64,000 nt of DNA from Octopus sinensis. Its lineage: Eukaryota. Positions within the stretch are counted from its first letter, which is position 1; each line of letters begins with the position of its first letter. Below, one piece after another: positions 25,881 to 38,699 of the stretch. A model generated the notes under the pieces. The model saw only the letters and a list, made by a program, of their open reading frames with translations, was not told the origin of the DNA and searched no databases. The stretch is taken from positions 165,540,001 to 165,604,000 of the forward strand of contig NC_042999.1 in NCBI RefSeq assembly GCF_006345805.1, given 5' to 3'. Made by a program: the position numbers and the translations under genes.

Positions 25881-28800
25881 ACATCAAAAGATCATAAATA
25901 TCAATTTGTAACACTGGTGCTTGGTTAGAAATTTTGTGTGGAGGAACAGTCAAATTGATTGACTGATTGACAATACTTATTTGATTGACTATGAAAGGAG
26001 GAAAAGCAAGTTGCTTCAGCAGGATTTGAATTCAGTATGTAAAGGGATGTGACTAAAGACTGCAAGACATTTTCTTGAATGCCTTAACATTCCACCAGTT
26101 CACAGAAATGCTGACAAATGCTTGCATTAATTTCTGGATCTGTTTTGAATTAAAGACATTTTATGTCCTGTATATGTAATATCGATACATACACGTGTGT
26201 GTGTGTGTGTGTGTAGTTGTATGTCTGCATGTTTGTTTGCAACTGTAACAGCTTATTCAAAAGTTACAAGTTTGAGCAGTGTTGTTGTTGGCACTTTTCC
26301 TCTCAATAACTTATGCAATCACTTCATGCCTTTGCTTGAAAAATAGGTAAGGGTTAGCAACTGGGACAGCATTTGTCTGTAAAACAATGCTTCAATAATA
26401 TATTCATCTAATTTACAGTAGCATAGAAAAATGGATGTAAAATAAATAAATGAATAGATGTAAGTCCTCATCAGTTTATGTCCAATTTCCATGCAGAGGC
26501 TGAATGCTTACACAGGATCCAACAAGTCTTAATGTCCCATCTTGCTTCAGTGTCTCATTTTTGACAATTTCTACAGGCTGATGCCCTTCCTAATACCAAT
26601 CAGAGTGTACCAGATGCTTTTTCTTTTTTGTAGTACCAGCTCTATAGAGGTTGCTTTGCTGCTACTAAGACTAAAGACCCTTCTCAAGCCTTGCATTGTT
26701 ACTGCTTGAATCAATTACCCTCCACTTACACAAAGTGCACTGGCTATGTTTTGTCACACCAGCATTTTACTTAGCAGCATGCAATGAAAAAGAAAGCCTC
26801 CACCACTCTGCCAAGCATTATGGATGGAGCAGATTTATTGTGAGGAAAGAATAAAGAAGGGAGAATGGCTGGGTGGGAGTAATGGAGAGAGAAAGGGGAA
26901 GAGTAATGTCAGGGATAAGCATGAAAAAGAAGGGGAGAGGAATAAAGTGGTGACGATGATGGAGTGGTTCAGTCTGTTTGTCATGCTAGCATGGCTTGGA
27001 TGGTTCATCTAGATCCAAGGTAGTATGCCTGTGTGTATAATTACATACATACATGTACAGACACACATACACACATGCAGGTGTACATCCATGCATGCAT
27101 GCACACATACATACAAACAATTTGCAAGTAAAACTTTCACTAGTTTGCAAAATTTAAGCCTCCCATGGTGGCATCATTTGTAAAAGAACTAAAATTGCTT
27201 TCTCTCCAGAGCTAGAAATTACTTCAATTCTGAACCCTTGCTAACTTTATATAGACTGCATGTATACCACGCACTACACACTGCTCATGCATCTGAAACA
27301 AGTAGTTGCTATATTGACCAGCATTCTAATTGTCGAGCAAATGAAAAAAATGTTGGTGTATATACAAATAATCATTATGATATTGCTACACTGTGTTCTC
27401 CTTTTATCTCTTCTACTGCTACATTGGCTCATGTGCTTCTTTCATCATCTTTATGTGTCTCACCCCAGAAAACTCTTAATTAAATATTTTGCTCAAATCT
27501 TCCCTGTAGTTATCTATCAGGAAATTCAAGATGAAATCATTTGTCTAGAGCACTTCCTCTTAACTTACAATATATAAAAAAAAAAAACTGATAAAACTGA
27601 ATTCAACATTGCAACTATAAAAAACTACTGTTGTTATTTAAACTTGTGACATGTTCCTACCTGTATAGTAATAATTTTCAGTTTAGTATACTGAATAATT
27701 TCAGAGTTATGTCTTCTAACCACAAACACACTGAATTGCCAGAACAGGATATGAACCTCTTTGTTGGTTATCTAATGCTCTATCCACCTAGCTATCTCTA
27801 CTTTCAGTAGTCTGTGTTGAGGTTTTTCAAACTTTTTATATTTATGTAATCTTGAAGATTAGAAAATTTTTAGAACCTAAAATAGCTCTAAAAAATATTG
27901 TCATGCAGTAAATAAGCTTTAAAATAACACTGTGCCAATATAAATTAGTAACTTTGCTTACCTAAATGGTTTGAAAAATTAAACTTTGCAATTAAGATAA
28001 AAGTTAGTAACTTCATTAAGCCTGTTTCTCATCACAGAGAGTCCCGATGTTGGAATTATAGATGTTACTTGCAACCTTAAATCAGTTTCCCTAAATTTAT
28101 TTTTGTCTTTGAATACAGCGAAAATGTTCCTTCACATAAATATGAAGTTAGAAATCACATTAATACTGTTTAAGTTTTCGCATTCATGGTTGACAGTTCA
28201 TTAATAATGCGAACCAAATTTTTGTAATTTCTACTAGTTGGATTTTTGATTTAAGGTAAAATTTGTTGTGATGTCTTTTTGCTTAAGTTTAACCAAAATT
28301 GTAAACCTATTTGAAATTATATTCAATTTCAATCAGACAATTACCTGTTACTGATTCACACACACACACACAACACAATTGTTGCAAAATTAAGCCTGTT
28401 GTATCCTGACTTAGCCTGTTGACTCATCTATTTGAAGAGAGAATGCTGAGCTCATATATAACATGTCTTAGCTCAGTTTCATAAAAATTAGACATTTTAT
28501 GAATGCACTGTGGAAGTGGTATGTTTAAAGTTTTCAAAACATTAAATATCAACCATAGCTACAAACTCACTACAACAGTTTTTGTTTACACTTAAGTTGA
28601 TTAATTATATTTTGTACTTTGCACCATGTTGTATTGGTATCCTATCAAAAAGTTATATCATTTTCTCCCTTTCAAATCAATCTTTTAGTTTAGTTGAAAG
28701 TCTAAAAAGGTTTTCTTAGAAATAACCCAAGTTCTTCAAATACTTCATAAAACTGTGCCAACACTTATCAGCAATAACTAGAGTATATAGAGATAAGGAT

Positions 28801-30662
28801 GCAGGCTTACCATATCTTGAACATAGATGGAAGATTGTTGCCTTTAGTGGCTTTGATGTATTAAAAATCAACTCGTTTAACAGCATCAAACATTTTACTT
28901 TTTAATTTTTGCAACAGGATCAGAAATTTTCCATACCCAAATATTTGAACAGTTATTCGGAAATTTTATATTTCTACAATAGATTAATTAAATTAAATAT
29001 TACTTTCCTCATAGCTGAGAGATTGATAAGTTTTCTTCAGCACTACATTCATAAGTTTAGTGTACCAACACAAGCAAAACTACTCAACTAGCAAAGTTCA
29101 TCTATTTGAAGAGAAAATGTGCAGTTCCTTTTAACCTATCTTAGCTCAGTTTAAAAACATTTGACATTTCATGAATACACTCTCAAATTATTATATTGTA
29201 TGGGCTTTATCTGCTTTTGCTAGTTGATAACCATAGTGACATGAAAAAATAAAATGTTTGTTTTGACATTAATTACGATATGTACCTTTTCTTTAATTTC
29301 ATTTCAAACACTTTTTTTAAAGTGTTTTTCCCTATATTTTCAAAAATTCAAATATGTTGTTGCTGAATGTCTCTTCATATAATTGCCATTGAATTAAATG
29401 TTTTAGAGATATATGTTGGTTTTAATCAGTTGCACATTTTGAATTGTAAAGTGAAGTTGATATAAATTAGAGTTTTACAATATAAAATTTTAAACATTCA
29501 TTTGTACCCTGTGTATATTTATGTTTGTTACAATAGTAACCTTGAACTACACACAGTTAAACAGGTCAATTTAAAAAGAGTTTAGTCTTGGTTCTGGACT
29601 CAGTGCAGCATAGACGAGAAATACTAAAATATTGACTAAAAAGGGGGTCAATAAATTAGTTGATACCTACAAACTGTATCAGTCAATTTTCTTCAAGAAC
29701 TATTTTGTAAGAAAAAGGAAACAGTTGATTTTAAAAAAAAAAATGTTTTACACGTAATTGTGTACATTTTCAGGTAAACTGGAGCAAGCAAAATAAAATA
29801 TTTTTCACTTTGATACTTCCTACTATAACTGTAATAAGACCTGGTTTTATAACATTGGTCAGTGGTCCATTACTTTAACAGAGCGTATGGTCTGTTATTA
29901 CTGCCATTATGTTGGGTCCCAGAACAAGTCGTCTGTACTTCACAGTAGGAAGAGTATTTAGCTGCAAAAACATTTGTTTCAACAAGTTAACCAGCCCACC
30001 CATGTAAATAAAAATATCAATTCAATTGCTCTCACTTCATAGTCTTTTTACTTTACAAAATTAGGCCCATTCACTCCTTTCATTAAAAAGGTGACAGTAA
30101 GTTATTGGTGAGCATATCTGAATTCCCAGTTTGAACTAGTTCATTTACTTTACATTATTAGACTTATTAGGCAGGGGTAAGTGTCATTACTCCTCATACC
30201 CTTTCATCAAAACATGTTTAATTGCGAAATTAGCATTATATGTTCAATGTCATCAAAACCTGAACCGATCAACTTTGCTTCATCCCTGCTGGGTTGATAA
30301 ATCGAATACCAGCATTATTTTGAGGACTGATGCAATAGATTTTCTCAGCCAGCAGCCTCTAAAAGAAAAAAAAATTACCATTTGCCAAGCCACTACAGTC
30401 AAGCTGTAAATTTCATTCAACTTTATTTTATCCTTCATTCTTTAGTATAATCATCCTATCTTTATAAATATATATAACAAAATAATCTGATGAAATAATC
30501 CTATGAAATAATATAACTCTATTCTATCAGGCTAATGCTTTAATTTCATTTATTCATTCAATCAGATAAAACTATGTACAATTATTAATATTGTGTATAT
30601 CTATAAAATATGCATATATTTCTGTGTGTATGTGTGTGCACCTATGTATGTATGTATGTATG

Positions 30663-30709
<47 letters not shown>

Positions 30710-30780
30710 AATTGCAGCGGGGAATGTGTTTATAAGCCATTTAAGAAACACATACACACACATATATATATATATATATA

Positions 30781-31020
30781 TAAACATTGTAGCATGGAAG
30801 GTGTTTATAAGCCATTTAAGAAACACACAAAAACCATTAGATTCACTTCATCATTTAAATCTAATTTGCCATTTAGATTTAATTTTGTTAGTGAACATGT
30901 CGCGGTCTCAAAGCGACGAAAATATTTTGGCAAATTAAATTTAAATGACGAAGTGAATCGAACGGTTTTTGTGTGTTTCTTAAATGGCTTATAAACACCT
31001 TCCACGCTGCAATTGTTTTC
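30781..31020. repeat. Inverted repeat (~90-bp arms) whose loop contains HHR family B
   Basis: ggaaggtgtttataagccatttaagaaacacacaaaaacc..ttgcca pairs with tggcaa..ggtttttgtgtgtttcttaaatggcttataaacaccttcc. A third partial copy lies at 30705-30752. Confidence 0.85.
30884..30934 (+). ncRNA. Minimal type I hammerhead motif, family B (G3-C8 swapped core)
   Basis: tttgtta GUGAACA u gtcgc-ggtctcaaa-gcgac GAAA ATAT UU tggcaaa. 7-bp stem I (2 G-U pairs), 5-bp stem II, and a 1-bp stem III capped by palindromic ATAT. Confidence 0.62.
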
Positions 31021-31197
31021 GTTTCAGCACACTATCTCAGATCAGGTCACTTGCTATGCAAGTACATCTCCGCATATATATATATATATATATATAATAT
31101 ATATATATATATAGGTCATTCAAAATGTGACCACGTGTGTACTGTTGGCGATTTTTTCTCCTCCGTCTTCTCTTCTCTGGATCTTTCCTTTTCCTAT

Positions 31198-31232
31198 GTT
31201 TCTGACGAAGAGCTCCACTCAAAACGTTAAAC
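31198..31232 (+). ncRNA. Degenerate hammerhead motif, family C
   Basis: gttt CUGACGA a gagc-tcc-actc AAAAC GUU aaac. G12 is mutated to A and stem II has one mismatch. Sits in a ~230-bp module (31112-31335) flanked by (TA)n. Confidence 0.5.
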
Positions 31233-31534
31233 CCTCCTTCTTCCCTTCCTTCCTGAGCGTCCAATAATACTATATTTGTTCCATGTCCTCGTGTTGTGTT
31301 TTCTCTTTGTGTTTTCATGTTTGGATTAACTTTATATATATATATATATATTCTTTTACTTGTTTCAGTCATTTAGTCAAACAAATCGCCCCTAGGACTT
31401 ATTCTTTGCAAGCCTAGTACTTCTTCTATTGGTCTCTTTTGCCGAACCACTAAGTAGTGGGTACGTAAACACACCAACATCGATTGTCAAGCGATGGTGG
31501 GGAGACAAACATATACATACGATGGACTTTTTTC

Positions 31535-31951
31535 GGAACTTTTCGGTTTGAACAGCAGTTTTTTCTAGTGGTGCCATATGAAATTGTCACCCATAATTAT
31601 GACCCTAGTATCGATCTATTGCATTTCAATCTCTTTTAGGGTTAGGGTTAGGGGTGGGGGGAAGGGTATCTTTTTTTTTCTTCACAAATGTAAATAAACC
31701 CAATCTGTTTCCTAAACATGGACATATTCATTCGGCACAGAATGTTTTTTACCTCAATAGACGTCAGCGATTGGTTGAAATTGCAGAAATTGAAGAAAAA
31801 AACAACAAATATCTTACAAACTATAGAATTTTCTCAATAAAGCCAAGAGAAAAAGATGTTTTATAAACACATTCTACCAGTATACGAAGTTTTAAATTTT
31901 TTAGTTACCTAGAAATTATGTTAAAAACTGCCGTTCAAACCGAAAAGATCT
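31535..31951. mobile_element. 417-bp MITE with ~25-bp TIRs and an 8-bp TSD
   Basis: TIR ggaacttttcggtttgaacagcagttttt / aaaaactgccgttcaaaccgaaaagatct. TSD cttttttc at 31527-34 and 31952-59. Internal ttagggttagggttaggg. Confidence 0.8.
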
Positions 31952-32031
31952 CTTTTTTCAGTTTCTGTCAACCAAATTCACTCACAAGGCTTTGGTCGGC
32001 CCTAGCTATAGTAGAAGCCACTTGCCCAAGG

Positions 32032-32248
32032 TTAGTTAGTTAGTTAGTTAGTTAATTTGGCTCAAAAGCAAATAGCAAGGCCATGTAGGGGGACATGGAG
32101 TTAAGTACAGGGTGGTGTTCATGTAAAGAGTTCAGGCCACTTGAGGTCCAGGGAGGCTCGAACAAAGCGGTCGTCGGCATCTTCACCATCTCGTCTGGCA
32201 GCTTGTTCCACGGATCCGCAACCCGGACGGAGAAAGCTCCTCTCCTTC
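32032..32248 (-). mobile_element. CR1-type LINE 3' end with (CTAA)n tail
   Basis: Minus translation RRRGAFSVRVADPWNKLPDEMV resembles the CR1 ORF2 C-terminal FFS.RV...WN.LP motif. Tail (ttag)n at 32032-32053. Confidence 0.75.
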
Positions 32249-32328
32249 GATTGAACCCGAAACCATGTTGTTGGGAAGCAAGCTTCTACCACACAGTCGC
32301 GCCTGCACCTATTATATGTGTGTACATA

Positions 32329-32696
32329 TACATTATATAAAAGGGCTTAGTAAAATAAATTACTTTGCCGCATACTGAACTCATTAGAAATAGTAGCTAA
32401 AAAAACTTTTTTAAAACTATTTCAAATACTTAAAGAAAACCTCTCTCATATAGTGTTTGCTCAATTCAACTCACGAAAGTATGGGGGTAAAGACATTAAA
32501 AAATCAAATGCAAAGGTTAATTTTTTAATGTCTTTACCCCCATACTTTCGTGAGTTGAATTGAGCAAACACTATATGAGAGAGGTTTTCTTTAAGTATTT
32601 GAAATAGTTTTAAAAAAGTTTTTTTTAGCTACTATTTCTAATGAGTTCAGTATGCGGCAAAGTAATTTATTTTACTAAGCCCTTTTATATAATGTA
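32329..32696. repeat. Near-perfect palindrome, ~176-bp arms with a 15-nt spacer
   Basis: cattatataaaagggc..gacattaaaaaat [caaatgcaaaggtta] attttttaatgtc..gcccttttatataatg. Confidence 0.95.
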
Positions 32697-32819
32697 ATAA
32701 TTTGAATTCGCCTTAAATGGTCCCTTTGCATACTGAATACTTGGTGAAATTGATTAATAATTAATTAATTTTACCCTCAATTGTTGTGTGTACATATATA
32801 TATAATATAGCGGCATAGT

Positions 32820-33680
32820 TTCGGTTGTAGTAGCACAGATTTCCATCGATTTCCGTAAAAAACTTTTATTTTTTTACATAAGTAATGAGAGAGAAAGAGA
32901 CTAAGAGGAAGCGATTTTATGACAAGAAGGTTTCTCTTTGAAGTCGGCCTGTGTGTGTTTGATGGGGTGTGGGAGACAGAGAGTATGTTGTGTAAGTGAA
33001 GTGCTTCTGTTAGTGTGTGTGAAGAGACAGAGAGAGTAATGTGTGAAAGAGAGAGATAACTGATTTTTTACTCGGTGTATGTGTATATGTATGTCTGCAT
33101 GTATGTGTGTGTGTGTATGTATCTATGTATGTGTGTGTATGTATGTATGGTCGATTCAGTGTAATTTTTTACTCGGTGTATGTGTATATGTATGTCTGCA
33201 TGTATGTGTGTGTGTGTATGTATGTATGGTCGATTCAGTGTAATTTTTTACTCGGTGTATGTGTATATGTATGTCTGCATGTATGTGTGTGTGTGTATGT
33301 ATCTATGTATACACATACACCGAGTCAAAAACTACACTGAATCGACCATACATACATACATACACACACACACATACATAGATACATACACACACACACA
33401 CATACATGCATACATACATATACACATACACCAAGTAAAAAATCAGTTATCTCTCTCTTTCACACATTACTCTCTCTGTCTCTTCACACACACTAACAGA
33501 AGCACTTCACTTACACAACATACTCTCTGTCTCCCACACCCCATCAAACACACACAGGCCGACTTCAAAGAGAAACCTTCTTGTCATGAAATCGCTTCCT
33601 CTTAGTCTCTTTCGCTCTCATTACTTATGTAAAAAAATAAAAGTTTTTTACGGAAATCGACGTAAATCCGTGCTACGACA
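32820..33680. repeat. Inverted repeat, ~360-bp arms around a tandemly repeated microsatellite-rich core
   Basis: gatttccgtaaaaaacttttatt..gataactgattttttactcggtg is mirrored by caccaagtaaaaaatcagttatc..aataaaagttttttacggaaatc. The central unit actcggtgtatgtgtatatgtatgtctgc occurs 3 times (33070, 33171, 33250). Confidence 0.9.
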
Positions 33681-33981
33681 TGCGAAACATCGCCAATATG
33701 GCCGTTGGTTATGGCTGGTCAAGAACTAACCATTGGTTTTGCACCTGTAATGCTCTTAGAAATATAAGTGACTCCTCGTACATGCTCCCTCACGTGTGTG
33801 TGTGTATGTATGTAGGTGTTTGTGCGTATTTTCCAAACATTCACATACCAACCAAAAGAGGAAGCCACTTAATTCTGCGAGATATTCTGTGTCAACTTTC
33901 ACTCCATTCCATGTCTTCACATAAGAATATTAGACACGATGAGAAGAGGAAGAAATGAAAAAAGAAAACCTAAGAAGTTCA

Positions 33982-34054
33982 TCGGAATCAGAGAAAGTAA
34001 CCAATGAGATTTTAGGAAATCTGTTGTTGGTTTTGGCAGCTTATGTAAACATTC
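33982..34054. promoter_or_regulatory. Promoter-like module copy 1 (CCAAT + GTAAACA)
   Basis: 63/73 ungapped identity to 35277-35349. AACCAATGAG and TGTAAACA are conserved. Confidence 0.35.
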
Positions 34055-35276
34055 ACACGAGCGAGGGCATTTCACACTGAACTGGATCTCAATATTTACT
34101 TATTTACTTATTTATTCTATTTTGCCATAAACACGTTACTTTTTCTTTTACCAAACGAAACATATGATAAGCGTTGATGAGTGTTTCTGCGTGTACATAT
34201 ATAGATATGTGTGTGTGTGTGTGTGTATTTGTACACAAACACACACATGGATGCGTGATTAAGAAGCTGGCCTTGCAACCACATTGTTTCTACCCAACTA
34301 ATGAATTTGGTTGACGGAAACTGTGTGAAAGACCATCGTATATATATATGTGTGTGTGTGTAAGTCCCTCCCCAGCGCTTGACAACCCCGTAAACTTGCG
34401 GTTTAGGCAAAAGAGACCGATATAATAAGTGCCAGACTTACTTTAAAGATATGAGTACTAGGGTGGATTTGTGCGACTAAACCCTTCAAGGACTGCACCA
34501 GCTTGGCTGCAATTCGTTGACTGATAAAGGGTGTGTGTGTGTGATTTGATATCCACCAACATTTCCCATCACTTAAACAGCAGGTCATCAGTTTACTAAG
34601 GCGCACCCACCAAAAGACAAACTGATTTTTTCAAGCTCTTTCAACATTAAGAATTTCATTCTTCCTTCACGCAGTGAGCTCAGCCTTGTTGTACCTGGTG
34701 CAAGGAAGAGGGGCCGATGGAAGAGGGGGAAATAGTTAAGGAGATGAAGCAGTCAATGTGAAGTAATACTATTAGCCGTGTTCATATCCGATTCTCTTTT
34801 TTTCTTCTTTTTTTCGCGACTACTTCTCTGCTTTGTAAGGGCCTACATCATTCGAGGTTCTCCAGTGCCTTATAGGCAGACTAAGCGGTGCACAACCCGT
34901 AAAAAGGAATGCGGACTTGAAAACACCAACCTCACAAAAGACCAGTTAGACAAGACAGTTATTTGCGATGCTCTAGCATGGCCGCAGTCTAATGACTAAA
35001 ACAAGTAAGAGAAAGTCTGTGAAAGTGATGAACCCCCATCTAAGGTGGTACGAGTACAAACAGAACCGTCTAAATAACATTATAAAACCCGCGAACAAAG
35101 CCGTGCACTCTGGCTTTGTAGTATTTGTTTATTGATAGCAAAACACTGCATACATAAGATTAGCATTGAGCCTCTAGACCGGTGAGGCTCGTGGACAATG
35201 TACCCGTTCCTTGAGATGGCATTTAGTGCAAAAAATAATGTCAACTTCCTGAACCAGACCAGAAGAAATAAGACTG

Positions 35277-35349
35277 TCGGAATCAAAGGAAGCGACCAAT
35301 GAGAGTTTCAGAAATCCGTTGTTAGTTTTGGCAGTTTATGTAAACATTC
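35277..35349. promoter_or_regulatory. Promoter-like module copy 2 (CCAAT + GTAAACA)
   Basis: See copy 1. Lies in a locally CpG-richer region. Confidence 0.35.
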
Positions 35350-35609
35350 GCGCGGACCAGATTAATTCAGAGCGAGTCGCTCCTCAATTATAGTTGTTTT
35401 CAAAACTATAAAACACTTTACTACAAAAAGCAAAACAAAAAAACAACAAAAAACAAAACAAATAAGATACAAACAATGGTGTGTATGTATGTGTGTGTGC
35501 ATGTAGTGTGATAGATAGATAGATATAGATAGATAAGATAGATAGATAAGATAGATAGATAGATGGATAGATAGATAAAGAGAGAGAGAGATATGTGTAT
35601 GTGTGTCTG

Positions 35610-35644
<35 letters not shown>

Positions 35645-36529
35645 ACGTATGTATATATATATAATCACATTAAAAACGATCGAATAAATAATACGGTATC
35701 GCTACAATAGTTTCATTTAGAAATTTCATTGCTGTGCAACTAACACCTTAGAGGCAGGTATGCAAGAAGTACAACATTTATAAGATACTACAACACAGAG
35801 ATGTTTCGCTTCACACATATTCGTACGGTGTTACAATACAAAATCTGTGAACGAATCGATTGCAGTGATCGATTGGTATGATCAATTGGTTTGTTTTTAT
35901 TGTTATTTTACACCTCGCTGAAGTTAGCTCAAAGTTGCGGATTACCAAACACCAGTGGAGACACCGGATTGTTTACCTGTTGATTTGTGTTTTACCGTAT
36001 AGCCATTAATGCGGTGTACTTCACTTTGATAGGCACCTCGATCTTAAATGTTACTCTTTAATGAATTTATGTGTGTGTGTGTGTGTGTGTGTACGTGTGT
36101 ATATAGATATATACACACAAATCAGAATAATATACAAGATGCGTAGTTGTGCGTGTATACGTACGTACGTGCAAATGCATGTATACACTTACTTATCTTA
36201 AACTCATATCTTTTCAATAATGGAAATCTGCGTGTGAATATCGCAGTTGCAGAGGTAAGATCCACACGAACAGAGTTCGCGTCCTGGTTTCGATTTCGAG
36301 TTCCACATTGATTCGGTAAAACGCTATGAGACATATAGGATGTTACAACATCCCGACTCCTTCTTATAAATATGTAAAGTCGTGTGAATGTATTTGTAAT
36401 GAATGAAGTAAACAAAAATATATACTCACTAGAATATACAGCGAAGCGAGAAAACCGCTTGTTGCTGCCTTAGCAGCTGTCGGTAGATTTAATAACACTT
36501 GTGAGGCAGATGAATTCTGTCAGCAACAG

Positions 36530-36630
36530 ACTCGATCACATGACCTGTTTAATATTCATGTTCCTTTCGGTCAGTTAACCTTACCGTTCGGGGTGTGACT
36601 TAACAAGGCGCCAATAACAATCCGCCCCAC
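36530..36630. promoter_or_regulatory. Candidate promoter/first-exon region
   Basis: TCACATGAC E-box-like site (36536), CCAAT (36611), CCGCCC (36622), minus-strand donor ACG|GTAAGG at 36585, and local CpG enrichment. Confidence 0.3.
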
Positions 36631-38699
36631 CAACAAACTTCTTATAAAAAATAATAACAATAACTATTCCGAAAGAAATGAAGAAAGGAGTAAAAAACGT
36701 GATTTTTCTTTGGCGTAAAGCCAGCTACTTCTGTAATTCATTCATTTTTGTGATTCAATGAAAACCTATTTAGAGAATGTGTGTTTAAGCTCTGGAATTA
36801 CCTCATCGAACCTAACATGATCGTTTCACCAAAGACGTTGACATATCTAAAAATGCGGGGGTTTTTTGGTTTTTATGAATTAGGCGAGGCGTTGTTTATC
36901 CCATCATTACAATTATTTAGCCTTCAGAAAACCTATGTTGAAAAGCATTCTAGCCGTGGCTACCTCGTCTTTTTAGACAGTTTATCTCAGACTACACAAA
37001 CCTATGTTCTTCCTTTTTTAAGACAATAGGGTCTGATTTAAGAGAGATTTGGTTACTATTTCTTGCAAGTTGAGCAACCACCTAGAGACTCCGTATGGCT
37101 CGTTCCATCTTTTACATTCTAGGATAGAATACCTGTTTATCTCGGGTTACTGTCCCTTTCAATCGAAGATTCTATTTCAGTGCTTATAGGTAGTGCTTAC
37201 TCATTCGAACAGGCAAACAAACCGCTCAAAAATTTTGGACAGTTTTCAGTATCTTCAGAGAAAATATTTAAGATGATTGACTGTAGAAGTTAAATATATT
37301 TTGATTTACATGAGAATGGATAGTCACCAACCACTTGTGTATTTAACTAAGAAACACGGTATGTGTGTACATAGACTCTGTTTACAAATCAACCAGAAGT
37401 TTGTTCTTGTGTGTGGGGGTATGTGCCGCCGATAAGTATAGAAGCTATACCCAAGCTCTAAGCTAATTTCAATACTTCCGGACATTTTTATTATGAAATT
37501 ATAATTAATATGCACTTGAACAGGATAGGTAAAATAAAAATTTGGGAGACACGACTAAGAAGTTATTTTTAGTAAATAATGATTTAGTCACAAAGTCTCA
37601 GTTTTGTCGGGTGGAGTACAATTGATTTAATCAATTCTCGATTAGTATTTATTTTATCGACCTATAGAAGAATTCTAAGTTTAACACAACTTGGGCGGGA
37701 TTTGAACACAGAATGTAAATAATGTTAATAATAAAAGTAATTGTTGAGCAAGTTTGTTGATTTAGTTTTTTCTTTTTTTATTTATTATTGCCATAAATTT
37801 TCTAGTTAGACAACCATCCCTCCAAACCACTTATTTCTACTACACCTATGAGAATAACGTGGGAACATCATCAGCTGTCATACGTGAAAACACGTGTTCG
37901 TTATAGTAGCAGTTTTACAATTTTTGTATCGCTTGTGTACAGACCCGACTCACACATGGACAGCCTTGTGTGAGACTCCGATTCAGTTAGCATTCGGAAT
38001 TCTGCTTTCAGTTAATTGCAATGATATTAACTCGGTTCTTTTGTTCATCTTACCCTTTCCTATTCTCCACCCAGTGGACCCTTTTTTTCATATGTATTTA
38101 TTTATTTTCTCTATCTCTCTATGACGATCTCTTTCAGTTTTTCAGTTGTAATAACACCGTGTGCTTCGATCATTAAATAATACGTTTTTAATAAAATATG
38201 CACAATAGAAAAATAAGATTTTTTCACTTGATATTAACACAAAGATGTCAAATTTTGTTGCCAAATGATTTTAAAAGATATGATAACTATTTAGTATACA
38301 TTAAAATATTTTTTGTTTGGGGGTTTTTGTTGTTTTTCTTTTTCGTTTTTAGTTTTGCTTTTCTCCTTTCAAAAAAAAAGATAGGTCTTTCATGTCCCAT
38401 ATTAAATGATCAAATGGGGTCGTGACCTCGGGATTGGGTACTACTGCTCTAGATTTCTTTGACCTATCTCGAGACTAATATATACCACTAGCTAAGTTTG
38501 ACTGAAAGGCACTGTTATAAAATTCGGGGTATTATTCGATCCTTTCACCCATACGATTTTCACCAAGAAAAAAAAAAACGTATTTCTGCAAAATGTTATC
38601 TAAAATTATGGGTAAAGAAAGAAATAGCAAAAAATATTTGAAAATAGGGGGGGTCCGAGGGTTCCACCCCACCTCACCCCGTTTTCCAGATAAAAAAAA

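Larger units (their letters stand above)
31351..32310 (-). mobile_element. SINE family A interrupted by a MITE and a CR1 3' fragment
   Basis: SINE segments 31351-31534, 31952-32031 and 32249-32310 are colinear with 44040-44448. Confidence 0.75.

Noticed and set aside
31636-31653. Telomeric (TTAGGG)3
   Set aside because: It is internal to a MITE and too short to mark a telomere or fusion site.
32440-32490. HHR-like gtg..cac GAAA GUA ugggg in the 32329-32696 palindrome (and ctaatgag..gcaaagta in the other arm)
   Set aside because: The 5' core is too degenerate (ctcatata / ctaatga) and stem I is poor; at best a relic.
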